Source of the DNA: Paraspadella gotoi
Lineage: Eukaryota > Animalia > Chaetognatha
DNA length: 64,000 nucleotides
Direction: 5' to 3'
Assembly (NCBI GenBank): GCA_051294375.1
Contig: CM119265.1
Coordinates: forward strand, 10,309,042-10,373,041
The notes below the pieces were generated by a model. That model saw only the letters and a program-made list of their open reading frames with translations, did not search any database and was not told the DNA's origin. Each line of letters opens with the position of its first letter. Position 1 is the stretch's first letter. The position numbers and the translations under genes are program-made. Positions 34,344-45,473 of the stretch are shown here, piece after piece.

Positions 34344-35474
34344 AGTGGGGTTGAACTCCCGACTTGAAATTGAGGTTAAAACCGAGAGCGTTTGAATTGA
34401 AGAAACCAGGTAACTCCCCCTGATCATCGGAGGCGGAGAACCGTGAGAAGAACGGAAATTGTATTCGTAAGGCATAACAATTTAAAAGATTTTGTATATA
34501 TATTATTAGTTTGTCATAATCATTGTTCCAATCAGAGAAAGCAGGCGCGACTACTACAAATTCTCGAAATGATTCGAACAAAAAGAGCGAAGAAAAACTC
34601 TGATATTTCAATTTTTCAAAACTTCGTCGGCTCAACTGGCGAGATTCCATGGAAAAAGTTTCCTGTTTTGTGACTTTGTTTCGACGGGCGAATTTTTTTT
34701 TTTTTTTTTTTAAATTTCAAGGAATTCATTTCGCCCGAATTCCTCTCGCTCTCCGTGCGCTCTCTCTCGCTTCCCCCTACCGAAGGATCGGCTTTCAAAA
34801 TTTGTGCGGAGCGAGAAAGAGGGGGGGAGGAAGAGGGAAGAAAAAAATCGATAAGGTTTTTTTTTAATTCCCCCCTTCGCTAGTAGAGGCCAGCCAAATA
34901 TTAAATACGGTTGAAGAGAGGAATATCTCATGGTATTTATTGTTAAACGGAGCAAAAATGAAAAAAAAAAAAAAAATAGACGGGGATCGAGTCGAGGGTG
35001 GTCGGTGTGAATATCGCGCACGATTCATCCCCCTTCACGCACGCGTGACTCACTCTCTCTCGTTCTCTCCGAGGCGTACCATTGTGTGGCCGCTTCGGGG
35101 GTGGCACCAAACTGAAAGAGAGAGATAGAGAGAGAGAGAACGCAGAAAAAAAGGGCGGAGTAGGGGCGCCGATTGAGAGCACGAAGGGCGTAGCGCCGCC
35201 GCCATCGACGCCGGATGGGCGCACGATGGAATCGCGAAAAAGGGAAGGGGGGAAGACGACGGGGAGAGAGACGACGACGACGACGAACGCGACGACGACG
35301 AACGCGACGACGATCTCCGCGACGAAAGAGGAGGAAGAGAAGGAGATGGTGATGGCCAAGAGAAAGAGAGAAAGAGTAGTGGCACGAAAAGAGAAACGGG
35401 AATCTGAAAAACTGCCGCGTCGATTGTGACAGCAGCCGCGGCGGACGTCGAAGCTGCTGAGGGGCTATCTTCTT

Positions 35475-35516
<42 letters not shown>

Positions 35517-36950
35517 GCCAACCCAGTTAATATCAGCACGGAAGCGCCGGCCTCCCCCTCCCTATTTTTCCCCTCCTCCCTCGTAGGGAGACCCGAAAGA
35601 CACGAGAGGGAGAAGGGATGAAGACGAAATATATGAGAGAATCCGTTAGTCTCGATTCTCTCGCCCCGCGACACGCAAACCCCTCTATCTCTATCTCGCT
35701 CTCTTCTTTATGGTGTCAAAAGTAAATTTGATATTCGGTAAGAGAAAAAAAAAGCAGAGTGTAAGGTAAGTTAACAGAGGCGCGCAATGGGCGGGGCACG
35801 TACAGTGTGATTACCTACCCGCGCTCTCTTTCTCTCAAGTCGATCATGCACGCTGGCTCTATCCAAAAAAGAGACAGAGAGAAAGAGAGAGGGAAGAGGG
35901 TAGGTTCTGTTCTGCGATACGAGCCTCACCTTTCCGACGGCGAATCCAACCAGAGCTGATTGGGCACGTCGAACGCGCGCGAGCGCACGAACGGAAAGAG
36001 GTTCTTTGTTCGGCGGCGCCCCTCCCAGTAGCGACGCCATGATGGCGCCGCGAGGTCACTTTTAAAACGTGTATTTCGTTTATCGGAGAAATTTGAACGA
36101 AAAAAAAAATTGAGAGGAAAGCTCGGGGATTGAAACGAAATCTCGATCACTAAAATGATGAAGGTGCCTTCGTTAGACAAAAAAAATGCCCTCTGCCACT
36201 AGAGAGAAGAGAAGGACGGAAAGAAAAAGACTCGAAGAGTGTTTTGGACTCTCTCCAAACCAAAACCGAAGCCCAGCGCAAACTGGAAAAAGGTGCGAGA
36301 TGCGAATACTGAAAAATTCTCGCACCAAAGCGAGACACGGGGAGGTTTCGAGGGAACAGGAAGGGGTCAGCTTCCTCGGAGTGAGGGGAAAAGAGAGGAG
36401 TGAAAGAAGAGAAAGGAAAAGGAATATAAAGAAAGATATAGCCATTAGCCATGCTGCCAACCTATCCATAGTATCTACTCGGCGCCCAATTCTTTACATT
36501 CTGGCATAAAAATACTAAAAATAGACGAGGCGATTGTTGAATACTGACGACGGACAACGTTGACCTACTTTTTGAAAGACATTGTTCGCGACATTGTACT
36601 TAGATTCATACTTGAAAATAATTGTTTCGACAGAATAATTTTCCAGAAAAATTATACAAAGTAGTGAAAGAATACAGAGTTTAAGGCAGTAGCCAGGTTA
36701 ACGAATAGTCATAATTATTCCACGCAAAATTTGATCGACCTACGGATTTTCATGCCGGGGAAAAAGGGTTCGAAATCCTCTCGTCGACACCTTTTTTCTT
36801 TCTTGTGGCCAAAAAAGAAAAAAAAAAGAGGAAGGGGTTTTTTCGAGGCGACGACGGCGACCGAGAGGGAGACTTGCGTCGCGTAAAGCCTCTTAGGAGA
36901 AAACCGCAAACTGGATGATGATTCTCTAACAAAAATTTTGGAATTTCGCC

Positions 36951-36995
<45 letters not shown>

Positions 36996-38712
36996 AACCC
37001 CTGGAAAGAGAACCAAAGGATGTACCGGTTCGTCTTTTTTCTCCCTTTCGCGTCGTCCTCACGTCCCCGTCTCAAAAAATAAGCGAGGATAGTTTCCCCA
37101 AAATCCGGAAAGTGGCAAGAGAGGTTTCGGCCTTTGACGCCGGCCAAAAATAGAATGGAATAAATAGGAATAGGATGGAATATTAAAAACTGAACAAAGA
37201 CGAGTACCTCGCGGCTCTCCACCAAAAAAATATACGCGCGAATTCCGGTTTCGAAAAATGACTGACGGATGATTTAGAAGAGGGGGGGGGTGACGTGGGT
37301 CGGATTCGTGTTACTTTGACGGCACCAGGATGAAGGATTACCGCAAAAGGGGGGAATTAAGGTGGGGGGGGAGAAGAAGGATCTTAAAAAGTAAAACTCG
37401 AGGCAAACATTTAATATTGAAAAGACAGAGGCAGATAACTAAATGAACAGGATGATGAATTGATGATCTATATCGGAAAAATACAAGTTTCGAAATAGGT
37501 TACAGGGGTTACGAAAAAAAAGTAATCCCTATGCTGTTATAACCAACTATATACTACATGTATTTAGAGAGAACTTGACAGGAAGAGACTCGGTAAAAAT
37601 TCGTCCTTCGGTTCCCACATAAAGTCGAAAGAAATATAGTACAACTAATTGAGAATTACGATTATAATTAATTTCTAACGAATGAATATGAAGGAATTTA
37701 GTGAACAAACCAGTGGGGGTTATAACATTGTCGGACTGCGATGGGGACAAGCGATAATCGCAAGGAGGCCGAGAGGGGGGGGGAGAGAATGAACGAAGAG
37801 TTCATGCTCGTCGAAGGAACTCGGTTCGAGAGAGGGAAGGCGAAAGGGGGGCGGGGCGGCCTGACGGATCCGTCTTCTCGAATGGAATACGATTCAGGGG
37901 GGGGGAGACGGGGGGGGGAGGAGAGGAGAGAGCAAACGAATCTCGTAACCGCGAAGGGAAAAGAAGAGCGACGCGAGAGAGTGAATAGAGAGAGAAGGAA
38001 CGAGATTGGCCCTCGAATAATCGCGAGGGTTAAGAAGGAAGCGGGACGAATTCCTCTCCATTTATAATCGATCCAAAAAAAAAAAGAGAGAAAAAAAAAA
38101 GAATTCTTTCGCGGTTTTCAAAACGAACTGGCCCTCGAAAACTTGTTTACGAAAAGTTACGAAAAGAAAAATTTTCGACTAGCCTTTAAAAAAAATGAGC
38201 GCGGAGATATAGAAGGGGTGGAGAAGGGAGGGAGATGAGAAAACGGCCAACCCCCCAGAGCGAGGGCTTCCCCCTTTTCCCCGCGAGGCTTTCGTGTTCC
38301 TCACTTTATCCGCAGCCTGACTGATGCAGCACAAGTTGCTGCGGCCGCCGCTGCTGCTGACGCCGCTGCAGAGGGAGAATCCTTGACGACGCTGAGGGGG
38401 CGGCGGCGGCAGGAGCATGAGGATCAAATGGGGTGGAACTCCACCACGGTAAGAATTAAATGAATGAAATGATGTGAGCGAATCGAAAACTCATCTCGAG
38501 AATGAAATTATTATGTGAAACTTTTGTAAATTGAAAACTTTTTAAAAATTCTATGCCGATTATATGTCTAATTTGCAAAACGTTCAAAGGTATTTATAGA
38601 CTAGTCCACTAACTAATTTTTAAGAAAATCTTTGTCTCAAACCGTAGTGTCAGTGGAGTGGGGTAACTAAGGGAGACGAAAGCTTTACTTTCTACATGTC
38701 TAAGTGGCGTGG

Positions 38713-38766
<54 letters not shown>

Positions 38767-39226
38767 CAAAGAGAAGACCCAACGCCCAGGCCGAGAGCTA
38801 GTTTTTTGTCCGAGCCAGTGGTCACTGGTCAGCTGTGCGTGTGATTCGCACTCTGAATGTAAAAAAAATTCAACCTTATGAAAATAAATAGAACAAGAGA
38901 ATACGAATAAAGTTTGTTTAAAAAAAAAAAGGTGTTAGAAGATATCCAATTACAGCTAAACTCATCTCTTCATAGAAGAGGTCACCGAAGTTAAGACAAT
39001 ATGTCAACGAGTGACATAAACGGGATATGAGTAAAAAAAAAACAAAAACGTTTTTCCAAGTTTTGAATCCGAAGATGAAAAATGTGGGGGAATGAAGGAA
39101 GAATTGAGCCTGACTATGCTAGAGGTTTTTTTCTTTTTTGGGTGCACGCCCACTTTATATATAACAAAACAGATTATTATCACAGTCATTGTTTTTTTTT
39201 TGTTATTGAAACAGAGACGACAATTT

Positions 39227-42015
39227 CTACCAGGGCACGGCGTCTTTGTACTCTTCTTTGAGGCTAACTCGTTTTACAGTTTCGTATCCGAGGGCGACGA
39301 AGAACGAGAAAAACGAAGATTGAATTAATCTGCGAGAGAAAAAGGGAATCAATGAGAGAAATTGCGTCATGGGGGAAACAAGAACGGTAATTCAAATGCG
39401 TTGCGCCGCAGTGACTGCCTTATCATATGTATTTTTCGTGATATGACATATGACTGAATTGACATGACTTTTTTTTTTAAATAATTTTAGGATTTCCTGA
39501 AAGCGGCGCTAATTTGAGGATTTTCCCTTCTTAACAAATGAGCATCGAGCAACAAACTATATGAAAGTTATGAACATTTTTAATGTTAGTGGGACAGACC
39601 GACGGACAGACATACCGACAGACGGACCGAAAAGTGACTTATAGAATTGCTCCGCGAGTACTCGTGGCGCAACTAAAAACTAAAAGTCTTATTGAAGAAT
39701 TAAATGGTAAAGGAAAAAGTAATGGATTCATAAACTGACCTGGCCGAAAGACCCTTCGTCATCATCTTCCATCTTTCGCTCTCCCACAGTTTCAAAAAGG
39801 CTTCTTTCGTGGTGCAACTTCCCTCCACCTGATGAATTAATCGGCGTCTTCAAATGAATAAAAAGGTCCGAACAAAATTCTTGACCAGTTGCCTCAGTTA
39901 CCTGAACTCTGGCCCTGACGACGTCGATTGGATTGGTGAGTATGGCAGCGGACATTCCGGCCATAGGGGCCGAGATCGATTGGACAAGAAGTGCCGGAAC
40001 GATATCGGGCAACGCCTTCGACATCAGATCTGTCATTGTTCATAGCATCAAGTTTGAATTACTAACAAACATATCCCAATAATAACATAAGTGCTCACGT
40101 ACTGTATAAATATTAAATAAATAAATATAATATGTATTGGTAATTTAAATTTTTTTTGATTTGTGGTCCTTACTTTCCGACCACAAACCTTACTACAATT
40201 ATGTAGTATTATTAGAAGTAATAAAAAGCTCCTTTTTATTACATATAAAAATTTAAAGTAAATTTCATTTGAAAGCGTAAAGGACTTTAGAATTCAGGCC
40301 TTCCCAGATAAACTTTACATAATCATGATAATGGGAATCAAAAGGAACTGAACAAACCTGAGTACCAATGATAATAGCCCCACCAAAGAGCACTATGAGG
40401 CGCGTAGGTGCCCACGGAAATCCAGTAGCCTTTGTAGAATCCCGCGACGCCGTGCCGTCGATAGACTTCGGCCACGATCGTTTGGAAGACGCCGTATCTC
40501 GTTCTCAAGGCTTCCGGCGGAACTTCGATAACGTCGATTCTGTCGACGGACACAATTGGAAGAAATATTTAAAATAGTCGGGCGATAACGATGGTTAATA
40601 CTCATTGTCGACGCCCGAACAGTATGATTCGCCCTCTTTCACTTACACTTTGACGGCATAGCAACTACGATCCGAATATGATAACTTTTTTCTGCACAGC
40701 GTATTTTTAAAAGAATGACTAACTTTCTCCTCAGCTCAACAATGCCATCCTCTTAAATTATTTAAAGCCTCACTTGGTGAGTTTTTTCTTAGTGGGAACC
40801 TCTTTGCCACCGACGAGCATCATGTGTTGCGAGACGACATCGAAAGGCACGGTGATCATCTGGCCCACGATTGAGGCGCACATCCCGCCCACGAAGGCGC
40901 GAGACACCAAATGATGAATGTCTAATTGGGTGGCCATGAGGTGGCGAACGCCCTCGTAGGTGGACAAGTAGAAGATGCCGGAAAATACCTAAGATCCGGG
41001 ACAATAAGGGTTAGAGCGTGGGTTAGACTATTCCTGAGTCATAGGGAATTGAGAGAACCTGAAAGGAGTTGACCCAAAATCCCCGATAAAATCCTTGGAA
41101 TCCTTCTATCCGATGGATCTTTCGAATCGCGTCGAAGGTCCCGTTGTAGACGGCGCGTTGATCTTGAATCTGAGGAGCAGTTTATTTACTCGTAAGAAAG
41201 GTAACCTTTCGTTAGACAGGAAGACTCTCGTAAAAAAGGAAACCTCTCCTATATATCAAAAGCCTATAAAATTTGAATTATACTAAATCAGGGTTCACGA
41301 GCCGCCACTTTTTCGACTTTTGTTTGACAAATAATTGGTCCAATTCAAGAGCGTTTACAACCAACGGATGGTAACTCCCAATTAAATACAAATTGTGATA
41401 AGCACTTCGGTATTAACATATAAACTGAAGACCGACGGCGACTAAAGAAGAAGCGAAACTATGAAGGAAGGAAGATCTAACGGTCTGCCAGGACCAACTA
41501 CTGTAGAAACTAAAGATTCTCTTCAAAAAGAAAAAACCTTGGGGCCATTTTTATGCTTTCTCCGCAGCCTTTCTTCGACGCACCTGTATTCTCGTTTTTA
41601 TCAGCGTGAAGGGATATAGCATACACCGAATGGCGAAGCTGCAGGACGTGGACAACGGATAAAACTTGAGCTTGTCCAACATGTGCCAATCGACGAATTC
41701 GACGCGGTTTTTGACTTTTTGACCCGTTGAGCCGAAAGGCGCCACCCCAGGTATTGCGTTAGTCAGTGCCGTCGAAGGCGGTGAGAGTGGAGTTAACTCA
41801 AGCGCGGGAGCCAGAGTTAGCGACGTCAGTCCGAAGTTCCGCGAGGGAATAGGAGGGTGAGGTCCGCTTATCGAAGGACCGGGTTTGTCCAAAGTCGTTC
41901 GCGGCGTCGATCCGGCGTCGGCGAGGGACGGTGACGGAGGCGACGTTGAACCGTGGGTGGAGAGGGTGCGTCCATGGGCTAGGGGATCCTCTCTTGCTCG
42001 CCGGTTCGAGTCCAT
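39227..42015 (-). CDS. SLC25A44: Mitochondrial carrier SLC25A44-like, about 7 exons
   Basis: FVDWHMLDKLKFYPLS..RCMLYPFTLIKTRIQV, three carrier signature repeats (YPFTLIKTR, VPFDVVSQH, NPIDVVRAR), last exon LIQSSFFSFFVALGYETVKRVSLKEEYKDAVPW*. Confidence 0.9.
39590..39675 (+). mobile_element. 3' end of a HINE-like element
   Basis: (GAC-A/G/C)n tract followed by aaagtgacttataga, a hairpin (ttgctccgcgagtactcgtggcgcaa) and ctaaaaa; same architecture as 16085-16146. Confidence 0.55.
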
Positions 42016-43067
42016 CGTTCTTTGGACGATGCCCCCCTCGCCCGGATAGGGAAGAGAGAGAGAGGGAAGAGGGATAGACGGGGGAGAGCGCGTCACCACC
42101 GTCGAGAGGGCGAAGAGAAACGGCGGAATTGAATTGAAGGCTAGCTTTGACTGAAAAGATTTTTGATTGAAAAAAAAAATAAATAAATTTAAGACGGAAA
42201 GGCAATGATTAAACACAAATTTGGAAATTTAAGAGCGATAACTTCAAGGGTAAAACACATTGCGGAAGTATGTACACTTGTACAGTTTGAACATCCGACG
42301 ATATTGCGAAAAGTTCCCAATGGAAAAACCCGGAAGACGAGGTCATCATATCTGGATGAAAATTGCATTTGTTACCAGCAACAATTTTTGAGAAAGCCCA
42401 GAAAAATTCAATAGACGTATTATACTATAATAAATTATAGAAAAGTCACGCCGGGTATAATAGTCGGAATAGTCCACAATTTGACCTACTTATTTGGTTC
42501 AAGTTTAAGGCGGTAAAACACAATTACATTTACAAAGTCCAAATAATGCACTTGTTCTAATTGAGATCGTCATGAACCACAGTATAACTGTCGTTTTGTT
42601 CGAATCAAAGAACCCGAATTTAAATGCCCTTAAATTTATATCCAGAATAAGTAAGCTTTTAACTTTCTTCCCGCGCTTATACTCATAATAATAAAATTAA
42701 ATAAAATCGCGCTAAAGACAACACTTGATGATACCATTAAAATAGGTTTCTATTCAGGTAAAAAGCAAATTTAGTCAACCAGCGCCCACGCCAGAGCTCT
42801 CCAGAGATGCTTAGGGTGAAAAGAACAACGGTTTTTAATCAGTAACTTTACTACTAAAGACCTTGATACTTTTCACTACTTAACTTAGATATTCGTTAAC
42901 TTTATGTACAGGTCATATAGCCCATAATGAGTACGGCCTTTTCAAAGACAATATTACTACATATTACTACATTTACTGTAATGAAATTATTACAATCATA
43001 AAAAAAAAAATCTTATTGCGACTGTAAATTCACACAGCCTCACTCCCACCATCGATCAGCTAATACA

Positions 43068-43268
43068 ATTGGCTCAGAGTGGGAACACACTATCCCAGGC
43101 GTTACGTTCCATCCACAGTCCTAACGACTTCCCTCTGCGTTAACAAAGCGAGACCGTCCTCTGGTAACCGCGCCAGTGACTGGATGCGTCACTGAGGGTC
43201 GGAAGCCCTTAAAGGCAACAGTGAGATGCCCCATCCTAATGGGCATCACAGGCAAACCGGCTGTTGCA
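43068..43268. repeat. GC-rich structured ~200-bp interspersed repeat, copy 2
   Basis: Matches 20499-20699. Confidence 0.8.
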
Positions 43269-43712
43269 ATAATATATATCCAATAAACATTAAAAACGGT
43301 TCTGAAGTAAGAAACCCTGTTAAATAAACAGCGTAACAAGTTTTTTGTTTTGTTTTTGACAAGTTTTTCCCTAAATCCTGTAAAGTCCGGATAACCATCT
43401 ATAAGTATAACTCGGATGCTTTTGGTGGTCGGTCTGTTTCTTGCGATAATTCGGGATTCTGCGGTGGAAATGGTATTTGATTATTAGTATTTGATTATCA
43501 TTATTGTCTGTTTGAATATCTATAGGCTTTGATTAGTTTTATTAAGGTATCCATTTAAATATCAAGAAGATACCGAGTTGCCTAAGAAACAGGATTAGAA
43601 GCCTACTATGAAATTAAATTCAATAGTAGGGTAGCCAAACTCAGTAAGGTGGTTAAGAAATTTGTCTTATTTTTACATTCGCCGACCGGGATTTTGCGCT
43701 CGGTTATTTGTT

Positions 43713-43766
43713 TTTTGCTGATGAAGGCTGATGAAGTCTTACATTGAAGCCGAAACATGTCCGAAA
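43713..43766 (+). ncRNA. Minimal type I hammerhead ribozyme of the Penelope kind
   Basis: CTGATGA 43718-43724; stem II ggct/agcc; GAAA 43752-43755; palindromic stem III ACATGT; GTC cleavage triplet 43759-43761; stem I ttttg/cgaaa. An upstream LEAYY-coding relic resembles a Penelope endonuclease C-terminus. Confidence 0.65.
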
Positions 43767-45473
43767 TTTATGTTTCATTTTCTACCTCAAACATAAAAAT
43801 AACAATTAAAATAAATTTAAAACAATTATTATTATATTATATTAATTACAAATTACAAAGCACCGACCGTTGGTAGCTAAGGTTGGTTGCGGACGTCAAA
43901 TAGTAAAGTTACCCGAAATTTGAACTAAGCACCTGTTTAAACGACAGTTTATACATTATTTAAACAAGTTTGAGCAAACAATGTCGGATCTGCCTACGAT
44001 AATTAAGCGGTAATTAGCTAATTAGATGATAAATCACGATAATTCTTTCAATTTTTTATCTGAACTGATCATAACAGATCATACTCTACCAAACCAATGG
44101 CTGCTCCAATACATATAAATCGCTTGCAAGGGATTAAACTGAACTGTTACTATGGTACAAACAAACAAACAAAAAATTTGAATAGACAAAAAAATTTTAA
44201 TATTACTCTATAGTCTATACCCCATATATTAATTTTTTAATATTTATTTATAAATAGGAAAGGCTAAAATTTTTTTAAAGATTTTTTTATTTTTGAGATC
44301 ATAAGTGGGTGAAAAATAGAAAAAACTGTTAATAATCATCATCATATTTAAATAATTTTATTACTTTTTCTTAATTTTGACCAAAAAAACATGAGAATTT
44401 TTGAAAATTGTGGTTATATTTTTTATCTAACTTTTTATGCTCTAACAGAACCCATAAAAAAATTAAGACTGATTAAAAAAAATTTTAATCATTATATAGT
44501 AATATTGTAATTTTAATAGCAATAATAAAAGCATTAAAATCGAACTTTTTTAATAAGTTCTTTTTTACCTGAAAGTAGACTTCAAGACTAAAGCTTTGAA
44601 CCCCCACCCCTATTATTGCTATTGAATTTAAATTCATAGTAGATTTTTTTTTATGTTCAAGTTTAGATTTAGGATCCCTTGCTTGTTTTTTTCAACTATT
44701 TATTTAACAGAGAATAAATATTCTAACTCGACAATATCTTTAATTTTGTCTCGGTTAATAAATTTAAAAAATTAAAAGACTTATAAAAAAAAAAAGAAAA
44801 TCAACGGAGAAGCCGATGCATCGGTTGAAGCCAGGAGTCTGCAGAAAGTGCGCTTATTAAGTAAAGGGAGGAAAATTTTCATTATTTTCCTATGCGAGGA
44901 GGAAGAGTAAAGTAAAAGGAGACGCGAACACGGAAAGAGTGTGCTTTTACATACATGTTTCTATCAAAATTACGCAACATATAGACTACTCCATAGTATT
45001 TTCTTTGCTTTAATAGATGCTCAATACAATTTACAATCAATTGATACCAATAGTTGTCCTAGTTACAAACTATATGGTGGTCAATGCATTTTTTAAAAGA
45101 TTTTTTATTTTTCTCACGAAGCGAAATGAAAGAAAAAACATGCTAATTTATTTTTAACGCTTATAAAATGAAATTAAGAGGAGAAATTGATTTTAATATG
45201 TAATAAAATGTGAGAAAAATGATTCTCGTAAAGTAAACAAACTCTGGACCAAGAGGATGGCTTTAAAATTACATTTTTGTGACAATCAAAAAACACAAAT
45301 TGTTTTCAGAAAACGAAAATAGCAGAGGCGCTCTCGGTCAGGTTCGATCGCGCGATTCAAATAATCATAGCAATACGAAGGACGCATTAAAAGTTAAAAA
45401 AGTTATTAACCCTCTTTAACTGTCGGAGAGTACTAACAACAATAATTTTTTTTTAAAAAAAGAATACGAAACC

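Noticed and set aside
34266-38881. ORFs rich in ER/SL/RE dipeptides
   Set aside because: Produced by (AG)n microsatellites and purine-rich non-coding sequence; no recognisable domain. The region is probably 5' UTR exons, introns and regulatory DNA, which I cannot resolve.
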